Shown one piece after another: positions 5,907 to 14,292 of a stretch of DNA of 20,000 nt. How positions within the stretch are numbered: the first letter of the stretch is position 1; each line of letters opens with the position of its first letter. The notes under the pieces were generated by a model that was not told the origin of the DNA, searched no databases, and worked only from the letters and a program-made list of their open reading frames with translations. This DNA comes from an uncultured virus (IMG/VR IMGVR_UViG_3300014204_000019). Its lineage: Duplodnaviria; Heunggongvirae; Uroviricota; Caudoviricetes. Location of the stretch: IMG/VR virus record IMGVR_UViG_3300014204_000019, one strand, 5' to 3'. Both the position numbers and the translations under genes were made by a program.

Positions 5907-8798
5907 TTATTCAATAACCCCGCACCAAATTATTCTACCATCCAGATCTCCAATCATACCTTGCCATTTTCCTACTTCTTTTTTATCTGTCAATGCCGGA
6001 TCCCAAATCCAACCATTTTCATAATAAACCATATGTCTTTTATTCATTTCAACAAAATGAACTGAAAGAAACCCGCGTCCAGAAGTAGGAACTTTTACTT
6101 CTTGCATATTAAGGATTATTTTCTTTAAGGTTTCTTGCTGTGCTTTTATTTTTTCGTCGTCTTCAATATAAACAATAATTTTGTATGGACGATATGTTTT
6201 ATCAACGAATTCTTTATACTGTGAAGTCACAAATTCTCCACAATATTTTAACATAACTTTTTCCGCAACATCTAAACTATAAACTTCATACGATTCACCC
6301 CAATTCGCTTCTCCAAGTTCTATTGAGTAATTTCTAACATCCTCAATAGAACTTTTAGATGCCATTGCAACGGAAGCAAGAAAGCACTCATTTTTACGTG
6401 GTGTTTCGAATTTTGTTGAGGAATTTACATTGTTAATTATAACAGCATCTTCGGAATCGTCATTTGCATTATTGTAAGTTATATGATCGTCGATGTTCTC
6501 TTTTGATAAAAGTTTAGGATCAAAACCTAAATTTTCTGTTAATGCGGCAGACATTGCTTTATTTGTCTTTAATGCCGCGATAACTTTTTCATCGATTGTA
6601 TTCTTTGCTACTATATCTATTATCGTGAGTTTGTTTTGCATTCCAGGGCGGTGCGCTCTATCTTCAGACTGTGAACGTTCTACTTTTCTAAAAGAATTCG
6701 AAAAGTAAATCTCATATGATGCACCGATTAGATCTAATCCGGTTCCCGCGGCAACAACATGACCTACAAGAAAACGTAATTTATTATTTTTATCGTTGAA
6801 TTCATTTTGTATTTGAAAACGTTTTGTAAAAGGTACGGATCCGTCAATTATCGCTACAGACTCTGGACCGTATAATTTAGATATGTTTTGTTTAAGTAAA
6901 TGTAAGTCTTGTCGGAACTGTGACCATATAAGAAATTTACATTCTCCGTCATCAGCATCATCGATTGCTTCAAGAGTTTCATCAATTTTAGGATTTGATG
7001 GGAAATTTATTGCATTACCATATGAATCATATATCCATCCGTTTGCTGCTTCTGCTAATTTCATATTAAGTGCAAGAATATGCGTTACACTGATTTTTTC
7101 ACCTTTTCCTATTCTTTCGTCTAATTCCGCTTCAAGTTTATTCTTTAAATCGTCATATAGTTTTTGTTGTCCTGGAGATAATTCCACAAGTCTTATTTCG
7201 TATGTTTTTTCTGGAAGATTCATACACTCTGATTTTTCGAAACGTAACGCACATGTTTCCATAAGTGTTCTCAATTCTTCCGTCGCGCCGTTCAACGGTT
7301 TATAAGACCAACCATCTTTTTTAAAATATTGTGATTTGAATTGACCATCAAGTTCACCATATGTTAATAATTTACTTGTGTCTGTGCGATGTGTTAAAAT
7401 ACTATTGAAGGTTTTTGCACCATTTAGAAATATAAATGGGCACTCAATATCATATAATTTATTTGCCGCGATAGTGCCGGACATAATTATTTTGTATGGT
7501 ACTTCAAGAAATGCGTCGATTATATTTCCAGTGCGTTCGGCGGTTGGATTTTTTATTTTATGTACTTCATCGATTATAACGAAGTCCCAATCGATACATT
7601 TAACAATATCAGCGAACTTTAATTCAACGTCTTCGCTATTATCATTTTTGAGCTTTGTTTTCATTGCGAATGCTTCATAATTTATAAACTTCACGTCAAC
7701 ATCATTCAACATGATTTTTTGCATTCTTTCATAATATGAACCATCGACTATGATGGTTGAAAGATGCGGCGCATATGAAGCGAATGTGTTTTGTAATTGG
7801 ATTAATGTTGCGGCGGGTGCTATATATAATACTTTGCCTTTACGACAAGTTTTTTCTTCATTAATTCGTGTATCAATTGTCATAACGGTTGCAGGTGTTT
7901 TTCCTGTCCCCATTTGTGATAAATTCGCGAATTTCTTTAAACGCAATGAAACTTTCCACATTGTCCATTGATGATCATAGGGTTTCCAATCTTTAACTGA
8001 AGTGTTTATTTTATACGTTTTTTCTGCTTCTGGTATACCGAACATACGATATGTTTTAATAAGTCGAACGGACTCTTTCATATAGTCTAATGATGGTTGA
8101 AGAAGACGCATAATTTCAGAAAGAATACCATTGCATTCAATCTCAACGTTAATAAGCTCGTTGTTGTACTCGATATTCTTGAATGTATAAATACTGTGTT
8201 TAAAGACTTTTTCTTTTTTGTTATTCGTCTTTATCTGTTTCTTAATATTAAAATCGATCTTTTGTTCTTTTAATAAAGCGTTAAGTTTATTTTTGAATTC
8301 AATAACCATTTGGTCTATTGATGATATTATATTTACTGAATCATCAAAGGAAAGATCTTGAATGTTATTCTCAAAAATTCCATCGCTCACATTTTCAGTG
8401 GATTTTAATTGTGATATAATGGAATTTTTTACATTTGTGGAATTCACAGATAGTTGTTTTTGGAGTGCATTTAATAAAGCGGATTTTACCTTATCCGCCG
8501 GAACAGCAACTTCAATCGTGTTGATGTTATCGATTAGTTTTATCTCATCTTCATGAACATATGAAGATGCCGAATAAAACTTCAAATACGCTGGAAAGAA
8601 TGGATAAAGTTCTTCACCATATTCGGTATAGCACATTCTACCGAACATTTTAACTAAAACTTTATGCTTATCCGAGTTATAAAAATCTTCATAACGTGGT
8701 TTGTTATTTTCATCTTTTGCAAACGTGAATTTAAGAAATTCTTCATTATCTTTGTTAAAATAGGCTTCGAGATACATTGTTTTATTGTTATAAGACAT
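5907..8798 (-). CDS. SNF2-family (SF2) helicase/ATPase with extra N-terminal region and C-terminal peptidase-C39-like domain
   Basis: SQMGTGKT (I), IAPA (Ia), INYE, IIDEVHKIKN (II), MSGT (III), FLIWSQF (IV), AAGTGLDL (V), QSEDRAHRPG (VI); AAAGGA RBS. Confidence 0.93.
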   Translation of the reverse strand: MSYNNKTMYLEAYFNKDNEEFLKFTFAKDENNKPRYEDFYNSDKHKVLVKMFGRMCYTEYGEELYPFFPAYLKFYSASSYVHEDEIKLIDNINTIEVAVPADKVKSALLNALQKQLSVNSTNVKNSIISQLKSTENVSDGIFENNIQDLSFDDSVNIISSIDQMVIEFKNKLNALLKEQKIDFNIKKQIKTNNKKEKVFKHSIYTFKNIEYNNELINVEIECNGILSEIMRLLQPSLDYMKESVRLIKTYRMFGIPEAEKTYKINTSVKDWKPYDHQWTMWKVSLRLKKFANLSQMGTGKTPATVMTIDTRINEEKTCRKGKVLYIAPAATLIQLQNTFASYAPHLSTIIVDGSYYERMQKIMLNDVDVKFINYEAFAMKTKLKNDNSEDVELKFADIVKCIDWDFVIIDEVHKIKNPTAERTGNIIDAFLEVPYKIIMSGTIAANKLYDIECPFIFLNGAKTFNSILTHRTDTSKLLTYGELDGQFKSQYFKKDGWSYKPLNGATEELRTLMETCALRFEKSECMNLPEKTYEIRLVELSPGQQKLYDDLKNKLEAELDERIGKGEKISVTHILALNMKLAEAANGWIYDSYGNAINFPSNPKIDETLEAIDDADDGECKFLIWSQFRQDLHLLKQNISKLYGPESVAIIDGSVPFTKRFQIQNEFNDKNNKLRFLVGHVVAAGTGLDLIGASYEIYFSNSFRKVERSQSEDRAHRPGMQNKLTIIDIVAKNTIDEKVIAALKTNKAMSAALTENLGFDPKLLSKENIDDHITYNNANDDSEDAVIINNVNSSTKFETPRKNECFLASVAMASKSSIEDVRNYSIELGEANWGESYEVYSLDVAEKVMLKYCGEFVTSQYKEFVDKTYRPYKIIVYIEDDEKIKAQQETLKKIILNMQEVKVPTSGRGFLSVHFVEMNKRHMVYYENGWIWDPALTDKKEVGKWQGMIGDLDGRIIWCGVIE

Positions 8799-8842
8799 AG
8801 TGAGATTTCCTTTTTCTTTTATTTTTTTTGATTTTATTTAAT

Positions 8843-9007
8843 TTATTCTACACCCGGTCTAATGTTTGATACGCTGATAAGCGTAAACTTTTCATTCTTT
8901 TCACCCTCATTCATGTCAGAAATGAATTGTAACATTTCATAGAAAGTGAACCATTCTATTCGATATAGATTGCGATAACCATCATAATAGACTATTAAGT
9001 AATTCAT
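8843..9007 (-). CDS. Small hypothetical protein (54 aa; below the ORF-track cut-off)
   Basis: Hand translation MNYLIVYYDGYRNLYRIEWFTF...RPGVE*; fills the gap between co-oriented genes. Confidence 0.55.
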   Translation of the reverse strand: MNYLIVYYDGYRNLYRIEWFTFYEMLQFISDMNEGEKNEKFTLISVSNIRPGVE

Positions 9008-9031
9008 AAAAACTTCTTTTGTTTTGTTTTT

Positions 9032-9871
9032 TTATCCGATCCATTCTTTTGTTATTTCTTTGACTTTTTTTGACATTTGAAGAACTTCTTGATTTATTTG
9101 AATGCGACGTTGCATTTCGTATGTTTTTTTGATTTCGTTGATTTCTTCAGGTGTCTTTCTATTAACCAATTGCGTTTCATACATCGAAATGAAACGATCG
9201 GTTTTATCTTTTATCTCGTTAATATTATTCCGCGCGATATCGACAATATTTTGAAGAGTATGTTGTAATTTTGATGAGAAGTAACCATCACAAAAAGCAC
9301 AACAGAAATATAAAACCTTGTGAGGTTTTCCATTCTTTTGATATTCAATATCATTTTCGGGTTTTATTTCACTTTCAGATTGTTGCTTGAATAGAATTTG
9401 TTGATACGCTTTGGTTTTTTCTCCCACTGTCGCGGCAGAACGTAAGATTAATTTCTTACATGTTGGATTGTTGCACATGATGTATGTGGAGTTTGCCTCA
9501 CACACAATTTGTGAAAGCTTTATTATAAGATTTTTTGTGACTCTTGAATTTGTATCCGAATTCTTCTGTAAGTCACTTATAAAATATACTATATCCTCAA
9601 GTGACATTTTAAATTCAATTGGGATAAGCGTTGATTTTATCTCATATTCAACATGATTTCTATAATTTAGTAAATGAGATTTTAAACAAAATTGATGATA
9701 AGGTTTGTTTTCATAAAAGATGACGTCCGGATTTGTGAAAACGTTTGTTAAAAGGTTGTTTGTAAAAGGTAAAAGTGGAAATAAATTTGAAATCTCTTTT
9801 TGACAATATGCACATTTTATTACTGAAGCATCGGATGTAATATTTACATTTACATTTACACCTACTTCCAT
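9032..9871 (-). CDS. Zn-finger plus coiled-coil hypothetical protein (279 aa)
   Basis: CAYC...YHQFC and CNNPTC...FCCAFC Cys/His clusters; helical C-terminus; AAAGGA RBS. Confidence 0.85.
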   Translation of the reverse strand: MEVGVNVNVNITSDASVIKCAYCQKEISNLFPLLPFTNNLLTNVFTNPDVIFYENKPYHQFCLKSHLLNYRNHVEYEIKSTLIPIEFKMSLEDIVYFISDLQKNSDTNSRVTKNLIIKLSQIVCEANSTYIMCNNPTCKKLILRSAATVGEKTKAYQQILFKQQSESEIKPENDIEYQKNGKPHKVLYFCCAFCDGYFSSKLQHTLQNIVDIARNNINEIKDKTDRFISMYETQLVNRKTPEEINEIKKTYEMQRRIQINQEVLQMSKKVKEITKEWIG

Positions 9872-9886
9872 AAAACTTTGTCCTTT

Positions 9887-9926
9887 CGTTTTTTCGTTTT
9901 TTCGTTTTTTCGTTTTTTCGTTTTTT
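9887..9926. repeat. (CGTTTTTT)5 tandem repeat
   Basis: Five exact 8-bp units, intergenic, next to the RBS of the 9032-9871 gene. Confidence 0.9.
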
Positions 9927-9942
9927 CTTTTGTTTCTTTTTT

Positions 9943-10614
9943 TTAATTTAAATCACAACATTCTTTAAGTAACATATTCATTAATGAATATGCACTTTTC
10001 ACTGAAATAGTCAGAAAATCATCCTTTATTAAATTAGGACGTTCCAAAAAGTTCGCAGCGTGTTGTATATTTAATCCGGTATAAGGATTTACACCAAACT
10101 CTTTCCACAAAAAGAAACGTTCCGGTTGTGGATGATTAAATGCATTATATCTTAGAAGATCTAATGCTGAAGAATCTGAAATGTTCTTCCAATTCGCGGT
10201 TAACATTATTGTTGGTGAAGGAAATAGCGTGTTCTTTAATTTTGCATGATACAAATTTACATTAAACATATTCGTATTATGCAAACATGCGTTTCTTAAA
10301 TTTACATCCCTAAAATCTCCATGCGATAAATTTGCACCTGATAAGTTAGCCTCAAAAAAATCCGATCCGCGTACTATCGTGCAAGTAAAATTAGCTTCTA
10401 TTAACTTTGCATTTTTAAAATCGGCGTTTTTAATCAGCATATTTGAAAAATCGCAACCGCTTAAATTTATATTACTAAAATCTACGTATGAAAGATTGTG
10501 GATTTTATTTCTACGTGTTTGCAAAAACTCTTTTACAGTAGAGACATCCGCTTGATGTACAATTTCATTTGTATCTTTACGTTTTAATATTATCATATAT
10601 TTTCTTTTTAGCAC
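9943..10614 (-). CDS. Pentapeptide-repeat protein with C-terminal domain
   Basis: About 18 A(D/N)(L/F)xx-type repeats (VDFSN INLSG CDFSN...ANLSG ANLSH GDFRD VNLRN), then PSPTIMLTANW...HPQPERF..W. Confidence 0.92.
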   Translation of the reverse strand: MLKRKYMIILKRKDTNEIVHQADVSTVKEFLQTRRNKIHNLSYVDFSNINLSGCDFSNMLIKNADFKNAKLIEANFTCTIVRGSDFFEANLSGANLSHGDFRDVNLRNACLHNTNMFNVNLYHAKLKNTLFPSPTIMLTANWKNISDSSALDLLRYNAFNHPQPERFFLWKEFGVNPYTGLNIQHAANFLERPNLIKDDFLTISVKSAYSLMNMLLKECCDLN

Positions 10615-10880
10615 TCCTCTCCAAGTAATACAGGAAAACCCACTTTTGCCAGAAAAAAAGTTCTGTCAACAAGTAACTCTTTTCTATCAAAAGAAAACGC
10701 TACACAATATGAATCATGTGTTGAATCATAGAAATATCCAAGATAGTCTTTATCGTGAGATTCTAATTGAAGTCTTTTTATCCAGTATTCTGTATTTTTC
10801 ACATAATAACATGTGTTATCAATAGCTCTTTCGATAATCAATTCATCTTCAAGCATTGCTTTTATGCGTAGTTTTGACAT
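10608..10880 (-). CDS. Hypothetical protein (90 aa)
   Basis: AAAGGA RBS; overlaps the next gene. Confidence 0.75.
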   Translation of the reverse strand: MSKLRIKAMLEDELIIERAIDNTCYYVKNTEYWIKRLQLESHDKDYLGYFYDSTHDSYCVAFSFDRKELLVDRTFFLAKVGFPVLLGEEC

Positions 10881-11099
10881 ATTTTGTTTTTCCTTTTTTC
10901 TTGAATGAAGAAATCTGTTTCTTTACCGAAAAACAAACAAAAAACTCTTTTACCTAACTGAATTGTTATTTGCATTTTTTCACCTTAAAGAATCAAAATA
11001 AAATACACCTCTAAAAATGGACTTGGAAATCGAGTCCTTCTATATATAGAGAGCCGATCCCTATTCAACATTTTAAAAATGTACTAAAAGAATCTTTTC

Positions 11100-11831
11100 T
11101 TAAACTTTGTTTTCTTGACTTTTTACACCCAAATTCATAATCCTATTAAACTCGTTTTCATTCTCCTGTTCTTCAAGTTTTCTTTTTTCTTTTTCGATTT
11201 CTTCATTTGAGAGTTTATTTTCATTAAGTATCTCTAACGAATATCTCGCTTCTTGCGTTCGTAGTGAATCTATAAAACCTGGAGAACTTTTAAGTAGTTC
11301 GATATTGGGATTTGTGGATTTAAAAGATGGTTTTTCTTTATTATTTTCTTCTACTGTGTTGTTTTGTTCCATTAAATTTAAAAAATCTGCTAACGCGTTA
11401 TTATTGCTTATACTTGCGTTTATACTTGCGTTTTCCGGATCCTTCAATGCAATGATTTCTTTTTCTTTTCTTATTACTTGTTCTTTTGCGCGTTCTGCGT
11501 TCGCTATCATTTTTAAGGTAGCAAAATATTGTTTCTTTGGGGCAATCTTTTTTAATGTGATTAAGATATCGAGATTTTTAATAATCTCTTTTCTCTTTTC
11601 GATGTCTGTGATCACTTCAGCTTCAATCATCAACATGACATCTTTAACATCGTATGATTTTATGTCTTTTATTGCGCTTTCCGCGGGAATTCTCATACAC
11701 TTATTACTTTCATCAAACTTGAAAGTTCCCAATTGTTTTGTTCGTGATATTCTATATTTAACCTCATTAGGAAGTAAAAACATATACATAACATTATCGT
11801 CAGAATTATTATTTCCGTTATTTTTTCGCAT
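11100..11831 (-). CDS. Charged, helical hypothetical protein (243 aa); first gene of the leftward arm
   Basis: AGGAG upstream; first ORF after the promoter at 11924-11952. Confidence 0.85.
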   Translation of the reverse strand: MRKNNGNNNSDDNVMYMFLLPNEVKYRISRTKQLGTFKFDESNKCMRIPAESAIKDIKSYDVKDVMLMIEAEVITDIEKRKEIIKNLDILITLKKIAPKKQYFATLKMIANAERAKEQVIRKEKEIIALKDPENASINASISNNNALADFLNLMEQNNTVEENNKEKPSFKSTNPNIELLKSSPGFIDSLRTQEARYSLEILNENKLSNEEIEKEKRKLEEQENENEFNRIMNLGVKSQENKV

Positions 11832-11923
11832 AAAATTATATTACGTTCTCCTATTTTTTAATTTTTTACACACTAAAAAGTGTTTGTTTTATTTTGTTTG
11901 GTGTTTCGCTTAGTTAGTAGATT

Positions 11924-11952
11924 AGTTTACCACATCTTTACCTATTTGTCAA
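11924..11952 (-). promoter_or_regulatory. sigma70-type promoter with extended -10 for the leftward arm
   Basis: Minus strand TTGACA-N17-TAAACT with TG extension; shares flanking sequence with the 4520-4548 promoter. Confidence 0.8.
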
Positions 11953-11992
11953 GCTAGTTCTTTACCTACCTAACTACTTCTTCTTTCGCCTC

Positions 11993-12357
11993 TAACCTAT
12001 TGATTCCAAAGGACTTACCAAGTTGGTTAGTAGTTTGGAGGTAGTTTTCACTCTTTTTGAAGGTTAGGGGGGGGTGGCACTCTTTTTCTTCTTTCGACTA
12101 CTTCTTTTTTACTTTCTAGTATATACTCAAATTAATATATACTCAAAACTACTCAAAAAAACACATAGTACATTACTATCTAATCTAATAATAAATATAT
12201 ATATAAAAAATAAGAAGTATTGTAGTAGTATGTTTTGGTTGTAGTTTTTAGAAGTGAGGTAGAAGAAAAAGAGTGCCTAGGGGTATGCTGATTTTTTAGT
12301 AAAACTACCATCAAACTACTTCCATTCATCCATAAACATAATAAAATCAATCACTTA
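11993..12357. other. Large imperfect palindrome with IHF-consensus ends, ACTAC/GTAGT repeats and AT-rich core; candidate replication origin
   Basis: 17-bp perfect IR at 12076-12092 / 12261-12277; 18/20 IR at about 12029-12048 / 12301-12320; WATCAANNNNTTR matches at 11993-12005 (-) and 12345-12357 (+). Confidence 0.55.
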
Positions 12358-12633
12358 GCGTTACTAACTACTAACTAGAACACTAGGTAAACTCCTAACT
12401 AAAAATATGGTTAAAACTCATATAAACTAATCTACAAACTAGTCAAAATATTATTTTATGCCGTGTTTTGTTAAATAAAAATAGTATTATTTTTAAAACA
12501 AGAAGAAACTTTTCAAAAAATCAAAATCTTTCGTAACGTTTGTTAAAGAATGTTAAAAAATTCGGACACGAAATTTTCGATAAGTGTATTTTTCTCTTTT
12601 TTATATTATGTTCTCTTGTTGATTTTTTAACAT

Positions 12634-12759
12634 ACTAAAATGTTAGTTTGAAATTCCGTAGAATAGAACAGCGTTCCGCAGAACGGAACAGAATTAAAAA
12701 CTAAAATTTTAGTAGCATTTTGATTCCGTAGAGTGAAATTTTGTTCCGCCAAATGAAAT
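12634..12759. repeat. Duplicated block of palindromic operator-like sites
   Basis: Four 17-mers of type RTTCCG-N5-YRRAAY at 12653, 12673, 12723 and 12743; ACTAAAATKTTAGT at 12634 and 12700. Confidence 0.75.
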
Positions 12760-12802
12760 TTTATTTTGATTTTGATTTTCTTTTTCAATTTATCATACTG
12801 TA

Positions 12803-12819
12803 TGCAAAAAGTATGCCAA
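12803..12819 (-). promoter_or_regulatory. sigma54 (-24/-12) promoter motif, leftward
   Basis: Minus strand TTGGCATACTTTTTGCA; GG-N10-GC spacing matches YTGGCACGNNNNTTGCW. Confidence 0.7.
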
Positions 12820-12823
12820 AAAA

Positions 12824-12929
12824 CTGTCCACTTTCTTGACAGTGTAAACTTTCTGGACAGTCGTGTTAAACTTAATAGAATCATACATTTAGAAAGAAAA
12901 AGTGAAAAAACTGTCCAAAAAATTGACAG
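12824..12929. promoter_or_regulatory. Three palindromic upstream-activator-like sites (CTGTC-N9-GACAG)
   Basis: CTGTCCACTTTCTTGACAG 12824-12842, degenerate GTGTAAACTTTCTGGACAG 12842-12860, CTGTCCAAAAAATTGACAG 12911-12929. Confidence 0.7.
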
Positions 12930-13042
12930 CGATACGAAATCAGGAGAAAAAATAAAAATATGCTCCTATATATAGGAGCCCGTAACCCCATATAACATAA
13001 TGAGTTATGAGGATAAAAATATATTATTAAAAAATAGTGTAA

Positions 13043-13059
13043 TTGGCATACCGGTTGCA
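13043..13059 (+). promoter_or_regulatory. sigma54 (-24/-12) promoter, rightward
   Basis: TTGGCATACCGGTTGCA; predicted start near 13070, followed by GGAGGT (13073-13078) and ATG 13089. Confidence 0.82.
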
Positions 13060-13088
13060 TATATAATATACCGGAGGTAAAAAACATT

Positions 13089-13331
13089 ATGCGACAAAAA
13101 CTCATCACGCATTATCAACTTGCATCTCTTACAGACGTGCAGATGGAAAAAACAAAAGCAAAAAAATCAGAATCTATCAATCGACAAAGAAAAATAATCG
13201 CAATCCGTATACTTGATCAAATCTCTGAAATATCCAACATTGACCGTGCAAGCGTGTTATCGTGTCATGATGTGGATATAATCGCATATAACAATAGTTT
13301 GAGAAGAAAGGCGGAAAAATATGGATTATAA
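13089..13331 (+). CDS. Small basic hypothetical protein (80 aa)
   Basis: Strong GGAGGT RBS directly after the sigma54 motif. Confidence 0.75.
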   Translation: MRQKLITHYQLASLTDVQMEKTKAKKSESINRQRKIIAIRILDQISEISNIDRASVLSCHDVDIIAYNNSLRRKAEKYGL

Positions 13332-13512
13332 CGATCTATGTCAACGGGCGTTTATTGATGCATCTATCATCTTGGGTACGTCCATCATGATATGTGTGTT
13401 TGTGCTGTTTTGGTGATTTTGGATTTCTCATCGTATCATATAATATGATGATACGATGAGGAACCTTGGATTAACCAAGGATTTCATTAACTTATCTGGG
13501 AGACAAAAAATC

Positions 13513-14040
13513 ATGACAAACACAAATTCCGAAAAAGTAACCGAAAAAACGCTAAACATTTCGAGTGCGATTGATTTCAAAACGCTCGATATTCCGTATG
13601 AAGCAACTCAAACCACCGTTGAATCGTCCGCTTCGAACGGATTGAAATCCTGTGATAAACTCATCATTATATATACGCGTGCTGCCGGCAAAAAGATTTA
13701 TGGTTCGAAAAAGGACAATCTCACACCGGACAAGTACGCTATATCACAGGTTGAATCATACTTGCGTGCCATATATGACAGTTCCGATGCAAGCGGTGAC
13801 GAGGAAAAAGATGCTGATATGTCTTTCGAGGACTGGCGGAATAAACTTGCGTTTCAAAGATCACAAGCGATCCTCATGCAACGTGCGAGGACACAAGCAT
13901 TGAAAATCGAGAATACGAATACCGATAATGTCATCGCAAGTTTAGATAGCATGGCCCAAAGCGGAAAACTCGATCTTGCTGCGATCGAGAAAATGCAAGC
14001 TATGATTGATGCGGCGAGAAAACTTGCTGCTGTAGCGTAG
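13513..14040 (+). CDS. Hypothetical protein (175 aa), helical C-terminus
   Basis: The ORF track starts at 13456, but that ATG sits inside a 13-bp stem; GGGAGA at 13498-13503 precedes ATG 13513. Visibly higher GC than the flanking arms. Confidence 0.85.
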   Translation: MTNTNSEKVTEKTLNISSAIDFKTLDIPYEATQTTVESSASNGLKSCDKLIIIYTRAAGKKIYGSKKDNLTPDKYAISQVESYLRAIYDSSDASGDEEKDADMSFEDWRNKLAFQRSQAILMQRARTQALKIENTNTDNVIASLDSMAQSGKLDLAAIEKMQAMIDAARKLAAVA

Positions 14041-14292
14041 TATCATTTTTTTTTCAGCGTTGAACAAAGGGCACGATTTTTATTAATCATGCCCTTGATT
14101 GAACGTTGAAAAAAATATTACTTTTTGGTTGTATTACTGACACTATGGAGTATCGGGCGCCAAAGACTGTTCAGTCTGTTGCGCTTTTTGATACTGATAT
14201 CATCTTTTTGTATTATTTTGACGGCACATACAGTGTGTACTTTCACGACGATTATATTTCTTTGATCCCTAGCGATCTCTAGCTAATCTAAC

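Noticed and set aside
1225..9656. Many plus-strand ORFs in the track (for example 1225-1569, 4021-4275, 6883-7305, 7378-7680, 9411-9656)
   Set aside because: Antisense shadows of well-supported minus-strand genes; Phe/Ser/Ile-rich composition expected from reverse-reading Lys/Glu-rich genes; no RBS
11305..11913. 202-aa hydrophobic plus-strand ORF that looks like a membrane protein
   Set aside because: Lies almost entirely antisense to the 243-aa gene, which has a promoter and RBS; the hydrophobicity is a reverse-complement artefact
12634..12929. Possible mini-CRISPR array
   Set aside because: Repeats are 14-19 bp, degenerate and nearly adjacent, without unique ~30-40-bp spacers; no cas genes
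12627..13108. ORFs 12627-12884, 12766-12975 and 12881-13108
   Set aside because: They run through operator and promoter motifs, lack an RBS, and their repeated peptides simply mirror the DNA repeats
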